Positions 23,565 through 33,258 are shown, counted from the first letter of the stretch. The stretch is 36,562 nucleotides of DNA from an uncultured Clostridia bacterium (GCA_905235765.1 CAJOMM010000003.1:1-36562), one strand, 5' to 3'. Program-made: numbers and translations. Notes: a model not told the origin generated them from the sequence alone.

Positions 23565-24836
23565 ATGTTAACAGCAATTTCCGGTATCAACTGGGGGGAC
23601 GAAGGAAAAGGCAGGATGGTTGACCTTTTGAGTTCCGATTACGATATAGTCGTCCGTTATCAGGGCGGCAACAACGCCGGACATACGGTCATCAATGAAA
23701 AGGGTAAGTTTATATTAAACCTTTTGCCGTCAGGTATACTTCGCGACGACGTCGTAAACGTTATGGGTAACGGCATGGTCGTAGATATAAAACACCTCGT
23801 CGAAGAGATGGGAAGGCTTACTGCTGCAGGGATAAAAATTACGCCCGCAAATCTTAAAATCAGTCGGGAAGCCTCTATTTGTATGCCCTATCACGTTCTT
23901 CGGGACTGTCTTGAAGAGACGAGACTTTCGGATAAAAAATTCGGTTCAACTCGTCGCGGAATTGCGCCGTCTTACGGGGATAAATATCTCAAAAAGTCGA
24001 TAAGGATGGGCGAACTTTTCGATCAGGAAGCGCTTAAAGAACGCGTTAAAGATATCGTCGACTGGGAAAACCTGACCATATATAACGTTTATAACGCCGA
24101 ACCCGTCAAGGTAAACGACATAGTCGAATATCTCGAAAAATACGGCGAGATCGTAAAACCTTTCGTATGCGACGTGGGGTCGTATTTAGACGAGCAGGCG
24201 AAAGCCGGTAAAAAAATAATGTTCGAAGCGCAACTCGGTGCCCTTCGCGACATAGATTTCGGCATTTACCCGTACACGAGTTCGTCAAACTCCATTGCGG
24301 CGTACGGACCTATCGGCGCCGGAATACCCAACCGCAAACTGGATCTTTCGATAGGCATAATGAAAGCTTATTCCACCTGCGTTGGCGAAGGACCGTTTAC
24401 GGTAGAATATCTCGGAGAAAAGGCTGAGGAATTGAGAAAAGCCGGCGGAGAATACGGCGCGGCTACCGGAAGACCGAGAAGAGTCGGACCCTTCGACGCG
24501 GTGGCAAGTAAATACGGTATACGCATGCAGGGCGCAGACGAGGTCGCGCTCACCAAACTCGACGTTTTAAGCGGTATGGAAGAACTCGAAGTCTGCGTAG
24601 CCTACGAAAAAGACGGCGTTAAAACTACCGATTTTCCGTTTCCGCAGGATTTAGATAAATATAAGCCCGTGTACGTAAAAGTAAAAGGCTGGAAACAGGA
24701 CATAAGCGGCGCGAGAAAGAAAGAGGATCTTCCCAAAGAAGCACTCGATTATATCGCGCTTATCGAGGAACTTACCGGCGCGAATATAAAATACGTTTCG
24801 GTAGGGCCCGAAAGAAGTCAATATATAATTTTTTAA
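23565..24836 (+). CDS. purA: adenylosuccinate synthetase
   Basis: 423 aa. GINWGDEGKGRMVD, YQGGNNAGHTV, GSTRRGIAPSY, TGRPRRVG. Confidence 0.95.
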   Translation: MLTAISGINWGDEGKGRMVDLLSSDYDIVVRYQGGNNAGHTVINEKGKFILNLLPSGILRDDVVNVMGNGMVVDIKHLVEEMGRLTAAGIKITPANLKISREASICMPYHVLRDCLEETRLSDKKFGSTRRGIAPSYGDKYLKKSIRMGELFDQEALKERVKDIVDWENLTIYNVYNAEPVKVNDIVEYLEKYGEIVKPFVCDVGSYLDEQAKAGKKIMFEAQLGALRDIDFGIYPYTSSSNSIAAYGPIGAGIPNRKLDLSIGIMKAYSTCVGEGPFTVEYLGEKAEELRKAGGEYGAATGRPRRVGPFDAVASKYGIRMQGADEVALTKLDVLSGMEELEVCVAYEKDGVKTTDFPFPQDLDKYKPVYVKVKGWKQDISGARKKEDLPKEALDYIALIEELTGANIKYVSVGPERSQYIIF

Positions 24837-24843
24837 CTTGAAC

Positions 24844-24870
24844 GGGGCGGATTTTCCGCCCCTTATTTTT
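24844..24870 (+). terminator. intrinsic terminator after purA
   Basis: ggggcgg (24844-24850), loop atttt, ccgcccc (24856-24862), followed by ttattttt. Confidence 0.7.
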
Positions 24871-24876
24871 AAAAGT

Positions 24877-26379
24877 ATGGAAAGAAAGAGCGGAATTTTG
24901 ATGCCCGTATTTTCTCTTCCCGGGAAATACGGAATAGGCGATTTCGGAGAGAGCGCGTATAAATTCGTTGATTTTTTGAAAAAAGCCGGACAGAAAGTCT
25001 GGCAGATTTTGCCGCTCGTTCAGACGGGATTCGGCAACTCTCCTTATTCTTCCGTATGCGGAAATTCGTTCAGCCCCTATTTTATTGCGCCTGATATTCT
25101 CATAAAAGACGGGCTTATAACCGAAACGGAAGCGGAGTTTTCTTTAAGTTCAGGAGATTCGGTCGATTACGGTTTTTTAGATTCGGTAAAGTTTCCGCTG
25201 CTTAATAAAGCGTTTTCAAGGTTCGACAAAAGCGATAAAGAATTTTTGCGATTTAAAAAACAGAGTAAGTATAACGGATACGCGCTTTTTATGGCTATCA
25301 AAAACGCGTACGGTCAAAAGCCCTTTTACAAGTGGGAAAAAGGTTTCAGAGAAAAGGACGAAGCCGTACTTTTAGAGTTTAAAAAATCCTACGAAAACGA
25401 GATAGATTTTTGGTTATTCTTACAATTTCAGGCGGAAAAACAATGGAAAAACCTTAAAAAATACGCAAACGCTAACGGGGTAAGCATTTTAGGAGATCTT
25501 CCCCTTTACGTCGCGCAGGATTCCGTAGACGTTTGGGAAAACCCCGAATTTTTCGACCTGGACGAAAATTTCCGTCCCGTATCCGTGGCAGGCGTTCCGC
25601 CCGATTATTTTTCCGCCGACGGGCAATTGTGGGGAAATCCCGTTTACGACTACGCTGCTTTGGAAAAAGACGGTTTTAGGTGGTGGGGGAAAAGACTATC
25701 CGACGCTTTGGACGTTTTCGATTACGTTAGAATAGACCATTTCAGGGGACTTGACAGGTTTTATAAGATTAAATACGGAGAGACAACCGCCAAAAACGGC
25801 GAGTGGGTAGACGTTCCGTCCGAAAAATTATTCTCTGCGCTGCACGATAAAATCGACGCGCGTAAAATAGTGGCGGAAGATCTCGGCATAATAGACGACG
25901 GCGTTAAAAAATTACTTAAATATACGGGCTATCCCGGTATGGCGGTTTTGGAATTTGCTTTTAACGGGGAATCGGATAATCCGTATCTTCCGGAAAATAT
26001 TTCGGAAAATTGCGTTTGCTACACGGGAACGCACGACAACGACACTCTCGCCGGATTTATAAAAAACGCCGATAATTGGGATAAAAACAATTTACAAACA
26101 GGCGTTAAACACAGCGTTAAAGCGTGCGGACTTTCTATCCCCACGGAAACGGACGAGCAACTCGCAGAAGCAATAATTATTCTCGGTTTGAACTCCGCCG
26201 CAAATACGTTTATTATTCCGTATCAGGACGTGCTATTGTGCGGTTCCGACCGCAGGATAAACCGCCCCGGCGTCGTTTCCGATAAAAATTGGGCGGTAAA
26301 ATTCAACGAAGGGGATTTTTCTGATGAAATTGCGCAAAAACTGAAAAGCCTTTGCGTAAGATATAAGAGATATGAGTAA
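24877..26379 (+). CDS. malQ: 4-alpha-glucanotransferase (amylomaltase, GH77)
   Basis: MERKSGILMPVFSLPGKYGIGDFG, QILPL, RIDHFRG, LGDLPLYV, TGTHDNDT. ATG 24877 is preferred because the track TTG at 24838 lies in the purA terminator. No clear SD. Confidence 0.9.
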   Translation: MERKSGILMPVFSLPGKYGIGDFGESAYKFVDFLKKAGQKVWQILPLVQTGFGNSPYSSVCGNSFSPYFIAPDILIKDGLITETEAEFSLSSGDSVDYGFLDSVKFPLLNKAFSRFDKSDKEFLRFKKQSKYNGYALFMAIKNAYGQKPFYKWEKGFREKDEAVLLEFKKSYENEIDFWLFLQFQAEKQWKNLKKYANANGVSILGDLPLYVAQDSVDVWENPEFFDLDENFRPVSVAGVPPDYFSADGQLWGNPVYDYAALEKDGFRWWGKRLSDALDVFDYVRIDHFRGLDRFYKIKYGETTAKNGEWVDVPSEKLFSALHDKIDARKIVAEDLGIIDDGVKKLLKYTGYPGMAVLEFAFNGESDNPYLPENISENCVCYTGTHDNDTLAGFIKNADNWDKNNLQTGVKHSVKACGLSIPTETDEQLAEAIIILGLNSAANTFIIPYQDVLLCGSDRRINRPGVVSDKNWAVKFNEGDFSDEIAQKLKSLCVRYKRYE

Positions 26380-26836
26380 AAAGAGACGAGTTTTTACAGT
26401 TATTATCGCCGCGCTTATTCTTTTGACGCTTGGGTTTATATGGGGTAATTCTCTTCTTTCGGAAAATGCGTCAAGCACGGAGTCTGAAGCCGCCCATGCC
26501 TTTCTGAAAGATTTTTTAGACGCGGTGTTCGGCAAAGACGTTATAACGTCGGGCGTGCTGAGAAAATTGGCGCACGGAGCGGAGTTCTTCGTTTTGGGCG
26601 CTGAGGTATGCGCACTTTACGCGCTTATAGCGGCTCCGAAAACGACGGGGTATCTGCAATTGTTACAGTACGGATTATACGTCGCCGTAATTGACGAAAG
26701 CCTGCAACTTTTATCTTCGCGCGGCGCGGAGGTGAAAGACGTACTGATAGATTTCGGCGGATACGTATGCGCAACCGTTATATTTATTGCGGTTACTTCG
26801 ATAGTTAAGCTTATTAAAAACAAAAAAGCCGTTTGA
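26372..26836 (+). CDS. VanZ-like family membrane protein
   Basis: 154 aa with about 4 TM segments. LRKLAHGAEFFVLG and DESLQLLSSRGAEVKDVLIDFGG are typical of VanZ-like proteins. Its start overlaps the malQ stop (ATGA). Confidence 0.7.
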   Translation: MSKKRRVFTVIIAALILLTLGFIWGNSLLSENASSTESEAAHAFLKDFLDAVFGKDVITSGVLRKLAHGAEFFVLGAEVCALYALIAAPKTTGYLQLLQYGLYVAVIDESLQLLSSRGAEVKDVLIDFGGYVCATVIFIAVTSIVKLIKNKKAV

Positions 26837-26846
26837 AATACGGCTT
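26820..26846 (-). terminator. probable terminator of the minus-strand ecf-truA operon, embedded in the 3' end of the VanZ-like gene
   Basis: aagccgt (26826-26832) pairs with acggctt (26840-26846). On the minus strand the hairpin is followed by tttttt (complement of 26821-26826). There is no T-run on the plus strand. Confidence 0.45.
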
Positions 26847-26883
26847 ATAGAAAGGTATTAAAACTTTTTTGAAGTTTTCGGTT

Positions 26884-27618
26884 TTAAGTATATTCTACGT
26901 TTAATAAACACAAGCCTTTTGCCGGAAGCGTTTTCCCCAAAAGGTTACGGGCGTTCGTTTCGAACGCTTTTTTTATATCGGTTTCGGTTATATCGCCTTG
27001 TCCTGCGGCGATTAACGTGCCGGCGATTATTCTTACCATATTGTATAAAAATCCGTTGCCCGTAACGGTTACTTCTATATCTTCGCCGTTTTCTTGCACG
27101 GTGATATTATACACCGTTCTCGTGGTTGTTTTTACGCTTCCGCCTGTAGCGGAAAAACATTTGAAGTCGTGCGTGCCCTCTATTACGGAGGCGGCGGCTT
27201 TCATTTTTTCCACGTCAAAATTTCCGAAAATGCGATACGCGTAACGTTCTTTGAGCGGCAGCGGAACTTCAGAATTATAAAGGCTGTACCTGTAAGTCTT
27301 TTTTTTCGCGCTTTTTACCGCATTGAAAGACTGAGGCGCTTCTTCGCTTTTTAACACCTTGACGGAATCGGGGAGTAGTACGTTAAGCGCTTTATAAAAT
27401 TTAGACGGCGGTATTTTCGATTGAGTGTCGAAATGAACTACCTGTCCTGCCGCATGAACGCCTGCGTCGGTTCTTCCGCTTGCGGTTGCTTTTATTTTTT
27501 CGCCCGTGAGAGAATATAGCGCGTTTTCCAGCGTTTCCTGAACGGAAACTCCGTTTTTTTGTCTTTGCCAGCCGCAAAACTCCGAGCCGTCGTACGATAC
27601 GGTAAGTTTAATTCTCAT
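26884..27618 (-). CDS. truA: tRNA pseudouridine(38-40) synthase TruA
   Basis: 244 aa. RIKLTVSYDGSEFCGWQRQ, SGRTDAGVHAAGQVVHF, FLYNMVRIIAG. Confidence 0.95.
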   Translation of the reverse strand: MRIKLTVSYDGSEFCGWQRQKNGVSVQETLENALYSLTGEKIKATASGRTDAGVHAAGQVVHFDTQSKIPPSKFYKALNVLLPDSVKVLKSEEAPQSFNAVKSAKKKTYRYSLYNSEVPLPLKERYAYRIFGNFDVEKMKAAASVIEGTHDFKCFSATGGSVKTTTRTVYNITVQENGEDIEVTVTGNGFLYNMVRIIAGTLIAAGQGDITETDIKKAFETNARNLLGKTLPAKGLCLLNVEYT

Positions 27619-28436
27619 GCCGCCACCGATAAAACCAGATAAAATTTATTGAGGAATACCACGCCTACTATCAGCCCTGCGATAAAAAGTACGCCGATAA
27701 GGTCGCGGTAAGAAAGCTTCATTTTTTTGTACTTCGTGCGGTTTTTACTGCCGGAATAGCATCTTGCGTCCATTGCGTCGGCAAGTTCGTCCGCGCGGCG
27801 GAAGGAACTGATGAGTAGCGGAATAAGCACGGGGATTAAAGCACGTACCCGTTTGAAGAGGTTTCCGCTTTCAAAGTCCGCGCCCCTCGCCTTTTGCGCT
27901 TTTATAATTCTGTCCGTTTCTTCGATGAGCGTAGGAATAAAACGCAAAGCGATACTCATAATAAGCGCAAATTCGTGCACGGGAAATTTTATGATTTTAA
28001 GCGGAGTCAAAAGACTTTCTATTCCGTCTGAAAGTTCTACCGGGGTAGTCGTGAAAGTCAGAAGGGAAGCCCCTACTACTACCAACGTTATTCTTACAAT
28101 AATAAACGCCGCGTTTAAAAGCCCTATATTCGTGATAAATCCGTTTTCCCATAGCGGAGTTCCGTTTTTATTGAAAAATATTTGAAGAACGGCGGAAAAA
28201 ATTACGAAAAACAGTATGGTGCGCATACTTTTTAGAACTTTAACGAACGGTATCTTAGCGATTACGATAGATAATGCGATAAAAAAGCCGCAGGCGGCAA
28301 ATCCCAAAAAATGAAAACTCTGTACCAAAAAAACAGCCACGATGTACGCTATCGTTAGTAGAATCTTTACGCGCGCGTCCATTTTATGCACGAAAGAGTT
28401 CGAAGGGTAATAACTTCCGAAAGAAACATCTCTCAT
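27615..28436 (-). CDS. ecfT: energy-coupling factor transporter transmembrane subunit EcfT
   Basis: 273 aa, polytopic. Conserved coupling-helix region IKAQKARGADF. Follows two EcfA genes. Confidence 0.9.
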   Translation of the reverse strand: MRDVSFGSYYPSNSFVHKMDARVKILLTIAYIVAVFLVQSFHFLGFAACGFFIALSIVIAKIPFVKVLKSMRTILFFVIFSAVLQIFFNKNGTPLWENGFITNIGLLNAAFIIVRITLVVVGASLLTFTTTPVELSDGIESLLTPLKIIKFPVHEFALIMSIALRFIPTLIEETDRIIKAQKARGADFESGNLFKRVRALIPVLIPLLISSFRRADELADAMDARCYSGSKNRTKYKKMKLSYRDLIGVLFIAGLIVGVVFLNKFYLVLSVAA

Positions 28437-29305
28437 TGTTTTACCCCCTTAAAGTATTCCGTTAGCGCGTTTACGAAGGAATTAGAGTCGAGATTGCAGT
28501 CTATTTTTATCCCGTGTTCGTTAAGTATTTTGAGCGCGATAGCCGTAGTCGGAAGTCCGAGTCCGCAATCTTTTATGTTTTCGTAATCGGAAAATATTTT
28601 TTCAGGCGTGCCGGCGGCGGTGATTTTGCCGTCCTTAAACACTGCGACATTGTTACAATATTCGGCGACGAGATCCATATCGTGCGATACTATCACCACG
28701 GTTTTTGCAAACGTGCTGTGGAAATTTTTAAGTAAACGTAAGAACTCTTCTTTACCTTTCGGGTCGAGTCCTGCCGCCGGTTCGTCTAAGACCAAAACTT
28801 CGGGCTTTGAAACTATAACCCCTGCTATCGCCACGCGGCGTTTTTGTCCGCCGGAGAGGTCGAAAGGGGACTTGTCTTTTATTTCCGAATAATTCAGTCC
28901 GACGGCGGATAACGCCTCTTTTACGAGTTCTTCCGTACGGGCTTCGGATAGGTCGCTGTGGAAATTTTTAAGTCCGAACGCCACGTCGTCTTTTACGGTT
29001 TCTGCGAAAAGTTGGTATTCGGGATATTGGAACACCATGCCTATTTTAGAGCGCAGCGTCTTAAAATCGCAGTTTTTATCGGTTAGATCGAAGTCTCCGA
29101 CGTAAAGTTTTCCCGAATCTTTCTGCACTTTTATAAGCCCGTTGAGGTGCTGAACGAAGGTGGATTTACCGCTGCCTGTTTTACCGATGATTCCGAAAAA
29201 ATCTCCTTCTTCGATGGTAAGACTTACGCCGTCCAGCGCTTTTACGTTTAAGTTTTTGTCCTTTCCGCCGTAATAATAGCTGAGGTTTTCGGCAACTATT
29301 CGCAT
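28433..29305 (-). CDS. ecfA2: ECF transporter ATPase EcfA2
   Basis: Walker A GKTGSGKST, signature LSGGQKRRVAIAG, Walker B VLVLDEP. Second ATPase in the operon. Confidence 0.9.
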   Translation of the reverse strand: MRIVAENLSYYYGGKDKNLNVKALDGVSLTIEEGDFFGIIGKTGSGKSTFVQHLNGLIKVQKDSGKLYVGDFDLTDKNCDFKTLRSKIGMVFQYPEYQLFAETVKDDVAFGLKNFHSDLSEARTEELVKEALSAVGLNYSEIKDKSPFDLSGGQKRRVAIAGVIVSKPEVLVLDEPAAGLDPKGKEEFLRLLKNFHSTFAKTVVIVSHDMDLVAEYCNNVAVFKDGKITAAGTPEKIFSDYENIKDCGLGLPTTAIALKILNEHGIKIDCNLDSNSFVNALTEYFKGVKQ

Positions 29306-30108
29306 AACGCCACCCCCAAGTCCTCCGCGGTAAAGACTTCGCCTATCGGAACGCCGTTTTCTCTTAATCTGTCGGATATTTCCGTCGGAAAAGGAACGGA
29401 AAGCCCGGCGGTTTTCAAAGCGTCGCGGTCGGAGAATATTTCTTTCGGCGCGCCGACTTTTATAATTTTGCCGTTATTCATGACCAGCACTTTGTCGGCG
29501 TTCAACACTTCGTCCATGTAATGCGTGATAGTTATAATCGTAACGCCTTCGCGATTCAGTTTTGTAAGAACGTCGGCTATTTCTTTTCTGCCTGCCGGGT
29601 CGAGCATGGCGGTCGATTCGTCGAGCACCAGAATTTTCGGTTTAAGCGCAAGCACGCCGGCGATAGCGATTCTTTGTTTTTGTCCGCCCGAAAGACGGGA
29701 CGGCGTGGAATACCTATGTTCCGTCATGCCCACGGCTTGGAGCGCAAAGTCTATTCTTTCGCCTATCTCTTTTCTCGGTATTCCCACGTTTTCCGGACCG
29801 AACGCCACGTCGTCTTCTACGATGGAGGCTATAAGTTGGTTGTCCGGATTCTGAAATACCACGCCTACGCGTTTTCTTATTTCAAACAGAGATTTTTTGT
29901 CGTCAGAAGAATATCCGTCTACGGTAACCGAGCCGCAAGTAGGCGTCAAAAGGGCGTTCAAAATCCTTGCGAGAGTGGACTTGCCGCTGCCGTTGTGTCC
30001 GATTATCGCAATAAATTCTCCGCTTTCCGCGTTGAAACTTACGTCGCTTAGCGCATTTTTATCGTTGCCGTACGAAAAAGAAACGTTTTTTACTTCAAGT
30101 AAAGCCAT
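29296..30108 (-). CDS. ecfA1: ECF transporter ATPase EcfA1
   Basis: Walker A GHNGSGKST, signature LSGGQKQRIAIAG, Walker B ILVLDES. First gene of the operon. Confidence 0.9.
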   Translation of the reverse strand: MALLEVKNVSFSYGNDKNALSDVSFNAESGEFIAIIGHNGSGKSTLARILNALLTPTCGSVTVDGYSSDDKKSLFEIRKRVGVVFQNPDNQLIASIVEDDVAFGPENVGIPRKEIGERIDFALQAVGMTEHRYSTPSRLSGGQKQRIAIAGVLALKPKILVLDESTAMLDPAGRKEIADVLTKLNREGVTIITITHYMDEVLNADKVLVMNNGKIIKVGAPKEIFSDRDALKTAGLSVPFPTEISDRLRENGVPIGEVFTAEDLGVALCE

Positions 30109-30127
30109 AAATCTCCTTTAATTTATA

Positions 30128-30156
30128 ATTCTACCATTTTTTTGTTTTTTTTACAA
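30128..30156 (-). promoter_or_regulatory. putative promoter of the ecfA1-ecfA2-ecfT-truA operon
   Basis: On the minus strand: TTGTAA (complement of 30151-30156), 17-nt spacer, extended -10 TGgTAGAAT (complement of 30128-30136). Confidence 0.45.
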
Positions 30157-30215
30157 GCGTATTATGCCTTTGCCATAAAAAAACAGCGTTTATTATTTTT
30201 AATTGTTATCTTTGA

Positions 30216-30244
30216 TTGACTTTTTACTAATTTACTGGTAAAAT
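30216..30244 (+). promoter_or_regulatory. putative promoter of the cyclophilin lipoprotein gene
   Basis: TTGACT (30216-30221), 17-nt spacer, extended -10 TGgTAAAAT (30236-30244). Confidence 0.45.
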
Positions 30245-30274
30245 TTTACTAACGTGTAAAATACGGAGCGTATT

Positions 30275-31174
30275 ATGAAAAAAATATTTAAGTTTATGGT
30301 AAACTTTTTTGCGTGCGTTATGCTCGCTCTTACCGCTACCTCCTTCGCCGCTTGCGAAGATATTAAGAAAATGGAAATAACCGTTCAGCTGTATAATTAT
30401 TCCGATTCCGTTTTTTATGAAGAAAAAGACGTCAAGATAACTGTGGATCTTTATCGGCACCTCGCACCCAAAACGGTAGACTACTTTACGGAACTCGCCG
30501 ATTCGGGATTTTACAACGGGGCGGTATTTTATAAGATTTCCGATAGGAGTTCGCAAATAAACGTCGGCGACTTTAAGTTCGACGGCGAGACGCTTTCTCA
30601 GAACCTTTTGCCGGACGGCAAAACTCCGAGCGAGATTTACGGTGAATTTGAAAAAAACGGCACTACGGGTTCTAACCTTCAAAACGTTAAAGGTTCTATC
30701 GGTATGTGGCACAGTTGGTACGCTTCTTCCGGGTCGAATACTTATAAAACCAGCAGCGATGCGAGAAACAGCGGAAAAGGTACGTTTTATATTCCCACTT
30801 CTTCCATATCGTCTTACGACGGGTATTTCTGCGTGTTCGCGACAATAGACACTTCGATTGCGGCAAACGCTACTGCGCTAAGCGCGCTTTCGAGCGTGTT
30901 CGAAAGTTCTGCGCGTTACAGCTCTTACGTCGTTTTCTTCACCGGAGAATATGACGAAAATAAGCCGCAGGAAAATTACGGGCTTACTTTTAACGCCGTT
31001 TCGGAGAGCGAGTTCGACAGAGGGTATTCTTCAGACGAAGAAACGTATAACGGTGAAAAGATATTCGTCGCCGAAGGAGATCAACTCGTAGACTATAATC
31101 GCAAAACGGTGTACGTTCCGAACGTGCAAAACGGTTCGGTCGCCGCGGTTATAAAATCCGTTAAAATAAAATAA
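30275..31174 (+). CDS. lipoprotein with a cyclophilin-type peptidyl-prolyl isomerase-like domain
   Basis: Signal peptide plus lipobox (..LALTATSFAAC). LYRHLAPKTVDYFTELADSGFYNGAVFYKI resembles the cyclophilin motif APKTV.NF..L...GfYdG..FHR. The domain is long and looks divergent. Confidence 0.55.
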   Translation: MKKIFKFMVNFFACVMLALTATSFAACEDIKKMEITVQLYNYSDSVFYEEKDVKITVDLYRHLAPKTVDYFTELADSGFYNGAVFYKISDRSSQINVGDFKFDGETLSQNLLPDGKTPSEIYGEFEKNGTTGSNLQNVKGSIGMWHSWYASSGSNTYKTSSDARNSGKGTFYIPTSSISSYDGYFCVFATIDTSIAANATALSALSSVFESSARYSSYVVFFTGEYDENKPQENYGLTFNAVSESEFDRGYSSDEETYNGEKIFVAEGDQLVDYNRKTVYVPNVQNGSVAAVIKSVKIK

Positions 31175-31238
31175 ATTCAAAAGCAATAATAATAGATTAT
31201 CTCCTCGCTTTTTAGGAGAAGGTATATTTATAAGTCGA

Positions 31239-31292
31239 AACGCCTCGAAAGGATGGAAATTCACCCTCAAGAGGCGTTCTATTTTATTTTTT
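31239..31292 (+). terminator. possible terminator after the cyclophilin-like gene
   Basis: aacgcctc (31239-31246) pairs with gaggcgtt (31271-31278) around a large 24-nt loop, followed by ctattttattttttt. Confidence 0.4.
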
Positions 31293-31334
31293 TCGCGCAT
31301 ATAAAGTTTTTAGAAACTCTTAAGGAGAACTTTT

Positions 31335-32114
31335 ATGAACGAAAAACTGCAATACGCTTCTATGTTGGAGATACCCGTAAACACTTGTAACGTTACTTTT
31401 AAGCCTGCTAAGAAAAAACGTTTAAAAAAGAAACGCGATAACGTTTCGCCCGAACAAGTAAAAGAATTGCTCTTAGAAAAAGTAAATTCCGTAGAAGCGG
31501 AAAACGCCGCTCCTATAGTCGAAGATGAGCCCGTTTTACCCGTTTCCACGGAAGAATTTTCCACCGCCAGCGTAAAAACTCAGCCGAAGAAAAAGAAGAA
31601 ATTCGGCTTTTCGGTCATCGCGGTGGAACTCGCGTTGATTGGCGTTCTTACGGCAACCATCTTCTTGACCAACTTTCTATATGAAGACAGCGCGATAAAC
31701 GCGTTTATGAAAAGCGTTTTCGGGACGAGCGCAAAAACGGAAACGGTCGTTAAAAATTACAACGATTACGCTCCCGTTATGAGTTTCGGCGTTTCTTCGG
31801 ATTTTACCGTTGAAAACGGATACTTGAATTACGGCGGAAGCGGTTCCGTTTATTCCCCCTTGGACGGCGAAGTTGTTTCCGTAACCAAAACGGAAAGCGG
31901 GCTTTACGATATGGAAATAAAGATAAGCGATAACTTCATTTCCGTGTTTTCGGGACTTAAATACGCTTACGCAAATATCGGAGACAAGGTTTTCGGGAAT
32001 ATCCCCGTGGGCTACGTCGAGGCGGAAAGTCTTAAAATGTGTTTCAAGTCGGGCGACGGCAATCTTATAACGGGTTATTCCGTAGAAAACGGCGCCGTTA
32101 TATGGGAGGTATAG
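31335..32114 (+). CDS. membrane protein with a degenerate LytM/M23-like C-terminal domain (SpoIVFA-like)
   Basis: 259 aa. Basic N-terminus, one TM segment (FGFSVIAVELALIGVLTATIFL) and a C-terminal SPLDGEVVSV...ISVFSGLKYAYANIGDKV segment. Directly upstream of an M50 protease and overlapping it, as in spoIVFA-spoIVFB. Confidence 0.45.
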   Translation: MNEKLQYASMLEIPVNTCNVTFKPAKKKRLKKKRDNVSPEQVKELLLEKVNSVEAENAAPIVEDEPVLPVSTEEFSTASVKTQPKKKKKFGFSVIAVELALIGVLTATIFLTNFLYEDSAINAFMKSVFGTSAKTETVVKNYNDYAPVMSFGVSSDFTVENGYLNYGGSGSVYSPLDGEVVSVTKTESGLYDMEIKISDNFISVFSGLKYAYANIGDKVFGNIPVGYVEAESLKMCFKSGDGNLITGYSVENGAVIWEV

Positions 32115-32977
32115 GTTTTGACGTACATCCGCTGTTCTTCCTGTTCGGCGTGTATTACGCTTTAACGGGAAGAATTACGGTATTTATAGTTTACACACTC
32201 ACCGCCGTCATACATGAATTCGGACATTCTTTGGCGGCGGCAAAGCGCGGATATAGGCTCAATAAAATTATTCTTATGCCTTTCGGCGCCGTGGTAACGG
32301 GAAACGTTAAAGACCTGAAATTGCGCGACCAAGCGGCTATCGCGCTTGCGGGACCTTTTACAAATCTCGCGCTCGGGTTGTTTTTTGTGGCGACCTGGTG
32401 GTTGTTTCCCGAAACCTACGCTTACACGGATATCGCCGCCGAAGCCAATTTTACGCTTGCGGCGGTGAATTTTATTCCGGCGTATCCACTGGACGGCGGC
32501 AGAATAATTTATTCCGTTCTCGGTATGAAATTCGGTGAGAAAAAGGCGTTTAAGATTTGTCGGGCGACGGGAATTATATTATCGCTGTTATTATTTATAA
32601 TGTTTATACTGACGGCGTTTTATAGCGTAAACCTTTCGCTGCTTTTTTTCTCGGCGTTCGTTTTTTTCGGCGCGGCGAGAAGAAAGCCTGAAAACGAGTT
32701 CGTAAAGATTTATTCCGCACTTAATACGGAAAACTTGAAACACGGCGTCAGAGTGCAACGATTCGCCGTAGATAAAAGCGCGACCGTAAAGACCGTAATG
32801 GGTATGATGGACGGAAACGTTCTAAACGAAGCGGAAATTTTCGACGGAGAAAATTCCGTCGCCGTATTGAAACAAAAACGCCTTTCGGAAATAATGGAAA
32901 CCGCCGATATTTATTCTCCGATAGGAGAATTTCTGACGATTCCGGAAAGTAAACGAATAATTTTAAAAAACGGATAA
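32102..32977 (+). CDS. spoIVFB: M50 family site-2 metalloprotease (SpoIVFB-like)
   Basis: HEFGHSLAA (HExxH), NFIPAYPLDGGRI (NxxPxxxLDG), multiple TM segments and a C-terminal soluble CBS-like region. ATG 32102 overlaps the upstream stop. The track start at 32039 lies inside the previous gene. Confidence 0.7.
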   Translation: MGGIGFDVHPLFFLFGVYYALTGRITVFIVYTLTAVIHEFGHSLAAAKRGYRLNKIILMPFGAVVTGNVKDLKLRDQAAIALAGPFTNLALGLFFVATWWLFPETYAYTDIAAEANFTLAAVNFIPAYPLDGGRIIYSVLGMKFGEKKAFKICRATGIILSLLLFIMFILTAFYSVNLSLLFFSAFVFFGAARRKPENEFVKIYSALNTENLKHGVRVQRFAVDKSATVKTVMGMMDGNVLNEAEIFDGENSVAVLKQKRLSEIMETADIYSPIGEFLTIPESKRIILKNG

Positions 32978-32983
32978 AAAGAC

Positions 32984-33012
32984 TTGACAACGACTAAGAT
33001 ATATGATAAACT
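32984..33012 (+). promoter_or_regulatory. putative promoter of rpmG-secE-nusG
   Basis: TTGACA (32984-32989), 17-nt spacer, extended -10 TGaTAAACT (33004-33012). Confidence 0.5.
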
Positions 33013-33066
33013 ACATTAGCATCTCGGATTCGGGGTGTTAATTTTTTCATGTTCGGAAGGTGCATT

Positions 33067-33231
33067 ATGGCAGCAAAAGGCGCAAGAAGCAAGATTACTT
33101 TGGCTTGTACGGAATGTAAACAGAGGAATTACGATACTTATAAAAATAAAAAGAACGACGCGGAAAGGATTGAAATTACAAAATATTGTAAATTCTGCAA
33201 AAAGCATACCGTTCATAAAGAATCCAAATAA
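33067..33231 (+). CDS. rpmG: 50S ribosomal protein L33
   Basis: [54 protein letters not shown], with Zn-ribbon CxxC...CxxC. ATG 33067 follows GGAAGGTG. Confidence 0.95.
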   Translation: MAAKGARSKITLACTECKQRNYDTYKNKKNDAERIEITKYCKFCKKHTVHKESK

Positions 33232-33258
33232 GATTTCTGTAATATAAGGGGAGTTGTA

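Noticed and set aside
30227-30712. 161-aa minus-strand ORF overlapping the cyclophilin-like lipoprotein gene
   Set aside because: It is antisense to a gene with a clear signal peptide, lipobox and cyclophilin motif, and its own 5' end would lie inside that gene. Likely spurious.
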